Below, piece after piece: positions 28,734 to 37,512 of a DNA stretch of 64,000 nucleotides. The position numbers and the translations under genes were made by a program. The notes under the pieces are model-generated. The model made no database searches, had not been told where the DNA came from, and saw only the letters and a program-made list of their open reading frames with translations. Each line of letters starts with the position of its first letter. The stretch's first letter is position 1. This stretch comes from Syntrophorhabdaceae bacterium (GTDB taxonomy: Bacteria > Desulfobacterota > Syntrophorhabdia > Syntrophorhabdales > Syntrophorhabdaceae): the NCBI GenBank assembly GCA_963666485.2, contig CAXXUO010000006.1, positions 55,406 through 119,405 of the forward strand, in the 5' to 3' direction.

Positions 28734-30362
28734 ATGGGTGTAGCAAAATATACAAAGGACGAAAAAGATCGGATCACCGATGTTGAACTGCAGTCCGGGA
28801 TACACGTCAAGGCGTGTTACGGCCCTGAAGATCTCGAGCGCGTCGGTTTTACGTACGAGAAAGACCTCGCCCCGCCGGGCGAATACCCGTTCACACGTGG
28901 CATACACGCGGAAGGATTCCGCTCGAGGGCGTGGACAACCCGACAGTACACCGGTTTCGGGACCCCCGAGGAATCGAACGAGCGTTTCAAGCTCATGATA
29001 TCACACGGTCAGACAGGTCTTAACGTGGCCTTCGACCTGCCGACGCAGATGGGATATGACTCCGACGATCCCATGGCCGAAGGAGAGGTTGGCAGGGTCG
29101 GCATGGCGATCGATTCGCTGCGGGATTTCGAGATCGCATTCAAGGGCATCAACCTTGAAAAGATCGGGTCGGGGCTTACGATAAACGCCGTTGCTTCCAT
29201 CATGCTTGCCATGTACCAGGCGGTTGCTGAAAAATACGGGTTCGACCCGAAAAGGATATCGGCAACGCCCCAGAACGATATCCTGAAGGAAATGATCGGA
29301 AGGGGATCGTGGATCTTCCCCGTCGAGCCGGCCGTGAACCTCATCGGGGACACGATAGAATACTCGATGACGACCCTGCCGAGGACGAACCCGGTCAGCA
29401 TCTGCGGGTACCACATCCGCGAGTCGGGCGCGACGCCCGCGCAGGAGATCGGCTATGCGATACTCATCGCCAACGCGTATATCGATAACGTTCTCAAGCG
29501 CGGTTACGACGTCGATGATTTCGTCGGCAGGTTCTCGTTCAACCTCAACGTCTTCGGCAATATCTGGGAACAGGTCGCTAAGTTCCGTGCGGCCCGCAAG
29601 CTCTGGGCGCGCAACCTCAAAGAGAAATACGGCGTCAAGAAGGACTCGAACATGTATCTGAGAGGTCTCTTTGGGGGCGGGGGATACGGCCTTACCAAGG
29701 CGCAGCCCGAGAACAACATCATGCGCGGCGCATATTACGCCCTGTCCGCAGCGCTCGCCGGGGCCCAGACGATCGCCCTGTGCAGCTACGACGAGGCATA
29801 CACCATACCGACGCCGCACTCTGCGGTCCTTTCTTTGCGCACCCTGCAGCTGCTCATGGACGAGATAGGCCTCCGCGACACGGTCGATCCGCTTGCAGGA
29901 AGCTACTTCATCGAGACCATAACGAAGGAGATGGAGACCAAGATCGAAGAGGAGATGGCGAAGATCGAAAAGATCGGCGGAATTACGGCGGCTGTGTCGA
30001 GCGGCTATGTCCAGCGCCTCGTCTCGCAGCAGGCGTACGAATATGAAAAGGGGCTCCAGTCCGGCGAATTGAAAAAAGTCGGCCTCAATATCTACACGGA
30101 AGGCGAGCCGATGGACGTCGAGCTCCACGAGTATACGGGGGAATCGGCCGAGAAACAGATCGCGGCGCTGAAGGAGCTCCGCCGGGAAAGAAGCGACGCC
30201 GATGTGAAGCGCACGCTTAAGGAACTGGAAGCAGGGACGCGGGCCGGGAAAAACGTCATGCCGTACCTCGTCGAATGCTGCAAGGCCTACGCAACGGTGG
30301 GAGAAATGGCGCGGGTCTTCCGGGATGTTTTCGGCGAGTTCCAGGAACCGGGGCTGTTTTAA
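28734..30362 (+). CDS. B12-dependent acyl-CoA mutase large subunit (methylmalonyl-CoA mutase family)
   Basis: PGEYPFTRG, RQYTGFG, AFDLPTQMGYDSD, QNDILKE, GYHIRESGA, DPLAGSY. Confidence 0.95.
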   Translation: MGVAKYTKDEKDRITDVELQSGIHVKACYGPEDLERVGFTYEKDLAPPGEYPFTRGIHAEGFRSRAWTTRQYTGFGTPEESNERFKLMISHGQTGLNVAFDLPTQMGYDSDDPMAEGEVGRVGMAIDSLRDFEIAFKGINLEKIGSGLTINAVASIMLAMYQAVAEKYGFDPKRISATPQNDILKEMIGRGSWIFPVEPAVNLIGDTIEYSMTTLPRTNPVSICGYHIRESGATPAQEIGYAILIANAYIDNVLKRGYDVDDFVGRFSFNLNVFGNIWEQVAKFRAARKLWARNLKEKYGVKKDSNMYLRGLFGGGGYGLTKAQPENNIMRGAYYALSAALAGAQTIALCSYDEAYTIPTPHSAVLSLRTLQLLMDEIGLRDTVDPLAGSYFIETITKEMETKIEEEMAKIEKIGGITAAVSSGYVQRLVSQQAYEYEKGLQSGELKKVGLNIYTEGEPMDVELHEYTGESAEKQIAALKELRRERSDADVKRTLKELEAGTRAGKNVMPYLVECCKAYATVGEMARVFRDVFGEFQEPGLF

Positions 30363-30467
30363 CAAAGATTTCAACGGGCGATGTGTCGCCGAAATACACG
30401 GCATGGGTCTGGTCGGTCACCGGATTCCAAACACACCCCGCAAGTAAGACGCCGGGACTCAAAAGCA

Positions 30468-30831
30468 CCGTCTCCCGGCAAAAGCCGGGATCCAGAACAA
30501 GCACCGTCATCCCGGCGAAAGCCGGGATCCAGTGTCTTTAGAATGAAAGCAAGGTTGCAGGATGGAATACAAAGAACAATGCAAAATGAATCACCGGGCA
30601 CTAAACTTCGTCGTCATTCCCGCGAAAGCGGGAATCCAGTGTCTTTGTTTTTAGCGGCATAGGGTTACAAAATGAAATATATAAAGACTGAACGTCAAAG
30701 ACTAAAACCTTGGGTCCCGGTGTCAAGCACTGGGATGACGAGGTGGTATGCTGGCATCCTCGTGTCAAGCACCGGGATGGCAGGTGGATGAAGCGTAAAG
30801 CTCCTGGATTCCGGCCTTCGCCGGAATGACG
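30468..30831. repeat. Three forward and three reverse CGTC-type REPs (nested cluster)
   Basis: Forward copies near 30468, 30505, 30612; reverse copies ending near 30740, 30781, 30831. Confidence 0.9.
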
Positions 30832-30868
30832 ACCAGGGGTTGGAGAGGTTCTAAAAAGGGGGCAGCTC

Positions 30869-32965
30869 ATGGATGAGAGGTTTTACCGTCTCGGGTGTGA
30901 TATCGGCGGGACATTCACGGATTTCGTTTTGCTCAACGACCAGACAGGGGAGATCATGACCGGCAAATGCCTGACGACGCCGCGCGACCCGTCGGACGCG
31001 GTCGAGGAGGGCATACGTGCGCTCGAACAGGTGACGCCGGACTTTGTCGGAAAGCTGGATGAGATCATCCACGGGACGACGCTTGTCATAAACTCCATCA
31101 TCGAAAGAAAAGGCGCCAGGACCGGTCTTATCACGACGAAGGGTTTCCGTGACGTGCTCGAGATCGGACGGGAGATCCGGTATGCGCCATACGATATTTT
31201 CGCCGAATTCCCGGAACCCCTCATCCCGAGAAAATACCGTCTCGAGGTCGATGAGCGCATACGCAGCGACGGCACAGTCTTAAAGCCCCTCGACCCGGAG
31301 GATGCGCGCTCGGTTGTCAGGAAGCTTCTCGACATGGGCGTCGAGTCCATCGCCGTGTGCCTGCTCAACTCATTTGAGAACTCTGCCCACGAGCGCATGA
31401 TCGAGGAATTGATCGCAAAGGAGGCGCCGGGCATCTCCACGTCGATCTCGTATCACGTGCTCCCGCAGATCAAGGAATATGAAAGGACGAGCACGACCGT
31501 CACCAACGCGTACGTCAAGCCGCTGACGGGCCGCTACCTGTCGAAACTGTCGGGGCGCCTGAACTCGATCGGCTTTTCCGGCAAACTGTTTATCATGCTT
31601 TCATCGGGCGGCGTCACGTCGGTCGACACGGCCGCGCAGTTCCCCGTCAGGATCATCGAATCGGGGCCGACGGCGGCCGTTATCGCCGGCCAGTATTACG
31701 GGAAACACTTCAATATCCCGGAAATGTTCTGCTTTGACATGGGCGGGACCACGGCGAAATCCTGCCTCATCCAGAAGGGCGTCGCGGGCGTTGTGCCGAC
31801 CTTCGAAGTGGGCCGTGTTCAGCGGTTCATGAAGGGAAGCGGGCTCACCATTCAGGTCCCGGTTGTCGACCTCATGGAGATCGGGGCGGGAGGAGGCTCG
31901 ATAGCGAAGATAAGCAAGCTCGGTACGCTCCAGGTAGGCCCCGAGAGCTCCGGCGCTGACCCCGGGCCGATCTGCTACGGCAGGGGCGGGACGGAACCAT
32001 GCGTCACGGACGCCGATCTCCTCCTCGGCTACCTCGATGAAAATTACTTTCTCGGCGGTACTATGAAGCTCGACAAGGAAGCGGCGCGCCGCGGCGTCGA
32101 GGAGAAGATAGCGAAGCCCCTCGGTGTTTCCTTCATCCAGGCCGTCTGGGGGATCCATGACCTGATAAACGAAACAATGGCCGCCGCGGCAAAGACGCAC
32201 ATCGCCGAAAAGGGCGGCAACCCGAAGATCGTCACCATAGCGGCGTTCGGGGGCGCGGGCCCTGTTCATGCCTACGGGCTTGCCACGAAGCTGGGTTCCC
32301 CGCGGATGCTGATCCCGCCCAACGCGGGCGTTGGCTCGGCGATGGGTTTCTTCACCGCGCCGCGCGCATTCGACCTTTTGCGAAGCCACAAGGTATCGCT
32401 CGGCGATGCGAAGTTCGGCGAGATAGAGGACATCTTCCGGAAGCTCGAGGCGGACGCGGGGGCGATCCTGAAGAAAGAGGCGAGCGGGGATGTCATCCGG
32501 TTCGAAAGAACGGTCGATATGCGTTTCGTCGGCCAGGGCTCCGAGATGAATATCGGGGTGCCCGACGGCGATTTCACGAAGATAGAAAAAAGCGCGGTCA
32601 GGCGCTATTTTGACGATGCCTACGAGAAGCTGTACGGCCGGACATACCCCGACTCGGAAGTGGAATTCATCAATTTCAAGGTACGGGCAAGCCTGCCGGA
32701 AAAACTGCTGCAGCTCCCGAAAATGGACGGGGCAGGAAGGACGCTCGACCGTGCGGTAAAGGGCGAACGCCTTGCCTATTCACCGATATCGAAGGACTTC
32801 ATCCCTTTTACGATCTACGACCGCTACAATCTCTATCCATCGGCCCGGTTCCCCGGACCTGCAATAATCGAAGAGAAGGAATCGACACTCATCGTCGGGG
32901 AGGGATCCCATGTTTCCGTGGATGATTACGGGTTCCTCTGGGTGGATATGAAGGAGGTGATCTGA
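30869..32965 (+). CDS. Hydantoinase A/oxoprolinase subunit (ATP-dependent lactamase)
   Basis: DIGGTFTD, HGTTLVINS, EYERTSTT, ESGPTAA, DMGGTTAK, GAGGGSIA. Confidence 0.95.
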   Translation: MDERFYRLGCDIGGTFTDFVLLNDQTGEIMTGKCLTTPRDPSDAVEEGIRALEQVTPDFVGKLDEIIHGTTLVINSIIERKGARTGLITTKGFRDVLEIGREIRYAPYDIFAEFPEPLIPRKYRLEVDERIRSDGTVLKPLDPEDARSVVRKLLDMGVESIAVCLLNSFENSAHERMIEELIAKEAPGISTSISYHVLPQIKEYERTSTTVTNAYVKPLTGRYLSKLSGRLNSIGFSGKLFIMLSSGGVTSVDTAAQFPVRIIESGPTAAVIAGQYYGKHFNIPEMFCFDMGGTTAKSCLIQKGVAGVVPTFEVGRVQRFMKGSGLTIQVPVVDLMEIGAGGGSIAKISKLGTLQVGPESSGADPGPICYGRGGTEPCVTDADLLLGYLDENYFLGGTMKLDKEAARRGVEEKIAKPLGVSFIQAVWGIHDLINETMAAAAKTHIAEKGGNPKIVTIAAFGGAGPVHAYGLATKLGSPRMLIPPNAGVGSAMGFFTAPRAFDLLRSHKVSLGDAKFGEIEDIFRKLEADAGAILKKEASGDVIRFERTVDMRFVGQGSEMNIGVPDGDFTKIEKSAVRRYFDDAYEKLYGRTYPDSEVEFINFKVRASLPEKLLQLPKMDGAGRTLDRAVKGERLAYSPISKDFIPFTIYDRYNLYPSARFPGPAIIEEKESTLIVGEGSHVSVDDYGFLWVDMKEVI

Positions 32966-34674
32966 TGGCACGCACATTCGATCCCATCACACTCGAAATA
33001 TTATGGCGGCGTCTCATATCGATCGTTGACGAAGCGGACGGCTCCGTTGCGCGGACGGCGTTTTCGAGCCTGCTGCGCGATGCCCATGACTACACCTGCA
33101 TGTTCACCGACCGGTTCGGACGCGAGTTGGCGCAGGGCAGTTTTGCTACTCCGGGACAGTCCGGTGCCATGGCACTCGGGATCAAGAACCTCGTCAATAA
33201 ATTCCCCGTCGAATACTACAATGCGGGTGACGCGTTCATCACGAACGACCCGTGGGCCCTTGCCGGGCATCTCAACGATGTCTGCGTCATGAGCCCGATC
33301 TTTTACAAGGACAAACTGGTTGCCTTCACCGCCTGCGTCTTTCACCATTCCGACATCGGCGGGCGTGTGGCGTCGGACAACCATGACGTGTTTGAAGAAG
33401 GCATCTTCATACCGCTCGTCAAGCTCTACGATAAAGGTGTCTTAAATGAGTCCGTGCTCGATCTCATACGGTGGAATGTCAGGACGCCCGATGAGGTTAT
33501 CGGCGACATCCGCTCGCAGATCGCGGCGAACCACGTATGCGGCGAAAAGATATGCCAGATGCTCAAGGAAAGCGGCCTGGAGAACTTAGATGACCTGGCG
33601 GACCAGATCATCGGGCTCACCGAAAAGAGCATGCGGGAAGAGATCGAAAAGATCCCGGACGGCATCTACCGTACGCGCGGCGTCATCGAGCAGATGAAGG
33701 GGTTGAGCGACATCATCATCAATGCAAAGGTCGAGATCAAGGGAAGTGACATCCTCGTCGATCTCGACGGGTCGTCCGGCCAGGTCAACTGGGGCGGGAA
33801 CGTCGTCTACAACTTCACCTTTGCGTATGTCTTCATGGCGATCAAGAGCATGTTCGCCCCCGACATCCCGAACAACGAAGGCTGTGCACGCCCCATCGCG
33901 CTGACGGCGCCCGAGGGAACGGTCATCAACTGCAAGTTCCCTGCGGCGGTTGCCGCACGAATGGGCGTCGGCCATTTCCTCACCGAGGTCATCTACCGGG
34001 CCCTCTCCGACGTCCTTCCGGAAAAGGTGATCGCGGCATCGGGCGGCACCCCGGCGGCAATGAACGTCTTTTACGGCAAGAGAAAAGATGCAAAGCCGTG
34101 GCACAGCGTTATCATACGGGGCGGCGGCATGGGTGCGGGTGCACGCAATGACGGCAATTACGTCTACATCTTTCCCGCCAACGGCGCGAACACCCCGGTC
34201 GAGATATTCGAGAGCGACACCCCGCTCATTGTCGAGAAACGAGAGATATTGACAGATTCAGGGGGCATTGGGAGAATGAAGGGTGGGCTCGGCAAACGGG
34301 AGATATTCAAGGTCCCTGATGACGAGTATTCTCCGATGCCGCCTGTCAACCTTGGCATACAGGCCGGCCGGTACATCTACCCGGCGGAGGGGCTCTTTGG
34401 CGGGAAACCCGGTGCACGGGCACAGTTCCTCGTCAACGGTGAACCGGGGAACTCGTACGGGTTGACGCAGCTCAAGCCCGGCGATGTCGTGACGATCGAC
34501 GCCCCGGGCGGCGGCGGGTACGGCAATCCCGTGGAGCGCGACCCGGCGTTTGTCCTCAACGATGTCATGCAGGGCTACGTCAGCATCGACGCCGCCCGCC
34601 TGGAATACAAGGTCGATATTAACCCGGCGACCCTTGAGATCAACGAGGAGGAGACGCGAAAATTAAGGCAGTGA
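32965..34674 (+). CDS. Hydantoinase B/oxoprolinase subunit
   Basis: RTAFSS, TNDPW..GHLNDV, HHSDIGG, NTPVEIFE, PGGGGYGNP. Confidence 0.95.
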   Translation: MARTFDPITLEILWRRLISIVDEADGSVARTAFSSLLRDAHDYTCMFTDRFGRELAQGSFATPGQSGAMALGIKNLVNKFPVEYYNAGDAFITNDPWALAGHLNDVCVMSPIFYKDKLVAFTACVFHHSDIGGRVASDNHDVFEEGIFIPLVKLYDKGVLNESVLDLIRWNVRTPDEVIGDIRSQIAANHVCGEKICQMLKESGLENLDDLADQIIGLTEKSMREEIEKIPDGIYRTRGVIEQMKGLSDIIINAKVEIKGSDILVDLDGSSGQVNWGGNVVYNFTFAYVFMAIKSMFAPDIPNNEGCARPIALTAPEGTVINCKFPAAVAARMGVGHFLTEVIYRALSDVLPEKVIAASGGTPAAMNVFYGKRKDAKPWHSVIIRGGGMGAGARNDGNYVYIFPANGANTPVEIFESDTPLIVEKREILTDSGGIGRMKGGLGKREIFKVPDDEYSPMPPVNLGIQAGRYIYPAEGLFGGKPGARAQFLVNGEPGNSYGLTQLKPGDVVTIDAPGGGGYGNPVERDPAFVLNDVMQGYVSIDAARLEYKVDINPATLEINEEETRKLRQ

Positions 34675-34707
34675 CAGAACATATTGCCATAACAGGAGGG
34701 AATCACC

Positions 34708-36015
34708 ATGGAACGGCCATTCGACAGTAAAGTGAAATCCGACAAGGAACTGAAGGTACTCCAGCTCAAAGGGCTTAAATGGACGGTCGAACACGCCTAT
34801 AAGGGTTCCGCACATTATCGCAGAAAGCTTGACGAGGCGGGAATAACCCCGGACAAGATCAAGTCGCTCGCCGACATTCACAAGCTTCCTTTCACGACGA
34901 GCAAGGACCTCCAGGAGGGGTATCCATTTCCCTTGAGGAGCGTTCCCTTTGAGAAGGTCGTCCGTATCCACGCATCGAGCGGGACGACCGGCAAGCGCAA
35001 GGTCCTGTGCTACACCGCCAATGATATCGAAGACTGGGCGAACATGTTCGCCCGCTGTTATGCATATGCGGATTGCACGCCCGAAGACAGGATACAGATC
35101 GCGGTCGGGTACGGTGTCTGGACGGCCGGCTGGGGCTTCCAGAACGGCTGCGAGCGCTTTGGAGCGATGTCCATCCCGATCGGTCCCGGCAATACGGACA
35201 TGCAGTGCCAGTTCCTCGAAGACTTCGGTACGACCGTCATGACATGCACCGCGTCGATGGGGCTTCTCATGGCAGAGCTTATCGAAGAAAGGGGCCTGCG
35301 CGGGAAGATCCCCCTCAACAAAATGATCTTCGGTTCTGAGAGGGCGAGCGATGCGATGCGACAGAGGATATCGGAACTGTCCGGCGTGGCTTTTGATCAG
35401 CTCTACGATATCCCGGGCATGACGGAGCTTTACGGGCCGGGAACGGGGCTCGACTGCCGGTACCACACCGGGATTCACTACTGGGCGGATTACTACATCC
35501 TCGAGATCCTCGACCCGGAAACGCTTCAGCCCGTTCCGGAGGGAGAGGTCGGTGAGATGGTGGTAACGACCCTGCGCAAGGAAGGGGCCCCGCTTATCCG
35601 GTATCGCACGAGGGACCTCACGCGGATCATGACCGATAAATGTCCCTGCGGGAGCCTCATGCCGCGTCACGACAGGATACTTGGCCGCAGCGACGACATG
35701 TTCATCTTCCGTGCGGTCAACATCTACCCGAGCCACATCGACCAGATCCTGTCGCACATGAAGGATGTCGGGAGCGAATACCAGATACGCCTCTACAGAA
35801 AGGACAAGGGCGGAAAGGACCACATGATCGTCAAGGTGGAGCGTGCGCAGGGTGTCAAGAAGGACCACGACAGGGACAAGCACATCCGCAAGGCCATTGA
35901 AAAAGAGATAAAGAGGCAGGTCCTCGTGAGCTGCGACGTGGAAGTCGAGGATTACGGCTCACTCCCGCGGTCCGAGCGCAAGACGAAGCGCGTCTTCGAT
36001 GAAAGAGATGCATAA
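34708..36015 (+). CDS. Phenylacetate-CoA ligase family (PaaK-like)
   Basis: LPFTT, IHASSGTTGK, DIPGMTELYGPG, PLIRYRTRD, GRSDDM. Confidence 0.92.
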   Translation: MERPFDSKVKSDKELKVLQLKGLKWTVEHAYKGSAHYRRKLDEAGITPDKIKSLADIHKLPFTTSKDLQEGYPFPLRSVPFEKVVRIHASSGTTGKRKVLCYTANDIEDWANMFARCYAYADCTPEDRIQIAVGYGVWTAGWGFQNGCERFGAMSIPIGPGNTDMQCQFLEDFGTTVMTCTASMGLLMAELIEERGLRGKIPLNKMIFGSERASDAMRQRISELSGVAFDQLYDIPGMTELYGPGTGLDCRYHTGIHYWADYYILEILDPETLQPVPEGEVGEMVVTTLRKEGAPLIRYRTRDLTRIMTDKCPCGSLMPRHDRILGRSDDMFIFRAVNIYPSHIDQILSHMKDVGSEYQIRLYRKDKGGKDHMIVKVERAQGVKKDHDRDKHIRKAIEKEIKRQVLVSCDVEVEDYGSLPRSERKTKRVFDERDA

Positions 36016-36054
36016 GGGTATTTATCCTTAAAAAGGATCACAATAGGAGGGTTT

Positions 36055-37032
36055 ATGGGGAGCTTTGAATATTACAGGCCCGCAAGCATCGCCGAGGCCA
36101 TTGCCCTGATGGAAGGTTCGGGCGGGAAGGGTGTCTATATTGCCGGCGGAACGGATGTCATGGTCCTTATCCGGCAGAAGAAATTATCGCCCGGATGTCT
36201 TATTTCGCTGCGCAATATCGGTGATATTACCTATCTCGACACGGCCTCCGGCCTTGCGATCGGAAGCGGGGTCACACACAACGCCATAGCGAAGAATGAT
36301 TACATCCAGAAAAAGTACACCGCGCTCACTGACGCGACAAACAGGGTCGGGTCCCTGCAGATCCGCAATGTCGCGACGATGGGCGGAAATATCTGCAATG
36401 CCGCCCCGTCCGCGGATACGGCATGCCCGCTTCTCGTTCTCGATGCGAACGTCGTCATCGCGGGAAAATCGGGCGAACGCATGGTACCGATCGACGACTT
36501 CTTCCTCGGGCCCAACAAGGTCGCACTCGAGGCCGGAGAGATCGTAAAAGGATTCGCAATGCCAGCCTTTAACGACAAGACAGGGTCCGCGTACATCAAG
36601 CACACGCGGCGCCAGGCAATGGACCTGCCGATGCTCGGCGTTGCGGCACGCATAACGATCAGGATCGACGGCAATGAGGTTGGCTGCAGGGATGCGCTCT
36701 GCACGACCGACAGCATCTCCAATGTCCTCAAAAGATTCGAAGATGAAAAGCTTATCTGCGAAGACGTCCGGATCGCCATGGGCGTCGTCGCCCCGCGTCC
36801 CATGCGGGCGAAGAAGGCGGAAGCCGCGCTCAAGGGCAAGGTCATTTCGGAGGCACTCTTCGCGGAGATCGGCGAGATCGCCGCGTCCGAATCCCAGCCG
36901 CGCGACAGCATACGCGGCGAGGCATGGTACCGGCGCGACATGGTCAAAGTACTGACGAAGCGCGCAATATTGAGAGCTGTCGATCGAATTATCAGGCCCG
37001 ATGACACGATTTGGCCCGAAAGACTCTGGTAA
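36055..37032 (+). CDS. Xanthine dehydrogenase family FAD subunit
   Basis: IAGGTDV, GSLQIRNVATMGGNICNAAPSAD. Confidence 0.93.
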   Translation: MGSFEYYRPASIAEAIALMEGSGGKGVYIAGGTDVMVLIRQKKLSPGCLISLRNIGDITYLDTASGLAIGSGVTHNAIAKNDYIQKKYTALTDATNRVGSLQIRNVATMGGNICNAAPSADTACPLLVLDANVVIAGKSGERMVPIDDFFLGPNKVALEAGEIVKGFAMPAFNDKTGSAYIKHTRRQAMDLPMLGVAARITIRIDGNEVGCRDALCTTDSISNVLKRFEDEKLICEDVRIAMGVVAPRPMRAKKAEAALKGKVISEALFAEIGEIAASESQPRDSIRGEAWYRRDMVKVLTKRAILRAVDRIIRPDDTIWPERLW

Positions 37033-37042
37033 GGAGGGGAAA

Positions 37043-37510
37043 ATGAAAAAAGAGATCACCTTCACTTTAAATAATGAAAAGACAACCGTGGAAGCCGATC
37101 CCAAATGGACCCTTCTTTATCTCCTGAGGGAAGTCCTCGAAATGACCGGCACCAAGGAAGGCTGCGGCTACGGCGAATGCGGTGCGTGCACGGTCATCAT
37201 CGACGGCCAGTCGGTCAATTCGTGCCTGTACCCGGTCATGGAAGCGGAAGGGAAAAATATAGTCACTATCGAAGGCCTCATGACGAAGACCGGGCAACTC
37301 GACCCCATTCAGAAGGCATTCGTGGATGAAGGAGCGGTGCAGTGCGGATTCTGTATCCCCGGCATGATCATGTCGGCGAAGGCCCTTCTCGATGCCAAGC
37401 CGAAACCCACGGAAGATGAGATCAAGGAGAGCATCGAGGGCAACCTTTGCAGGTGCACCGGCTACGTCAAGATAACCGATGCCATAAAATCCGTTGCCGG
37501 GGGGAGGTAA
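37043..37510 (+). CDS. Xanthine dehydrogenase family 2x[2Fe-2S] subunit
   Basis: GCGYGECGACT, QCGFCIPG, GNLCRCTGY. Confidence 0.95.
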   Translation: MKKEITFTLNNEKTTVEADPKWTLLYLLREVLEMTGTKEGCGYGECGACTVIIDGQSVNSCLYPVMEAEGKNIVTIEGLMTKTGQLDPIQKAFVDEGAVQCGFCIPGMIMSAKALLDAKPKPTEDEIKESIEGNLCRCTGYVKITDAIKSVAGGR

Positions 37511-37512
37511 TT

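Noticed and set aside
30468..30831. Repeated palindromes as a CRISPR array or integron attC cassettes
   Set aside because: Copies are degenerate, irregularly spaced and switch orientation; there are no cassette ORFs or integrase.
30256..30870. Short ORFs with VIPAKAGIQ/RHSRESGNP-like peptides (also 13675, 46793, 56403)
   Set aside because: These are translations of REP and heptamer repeats.
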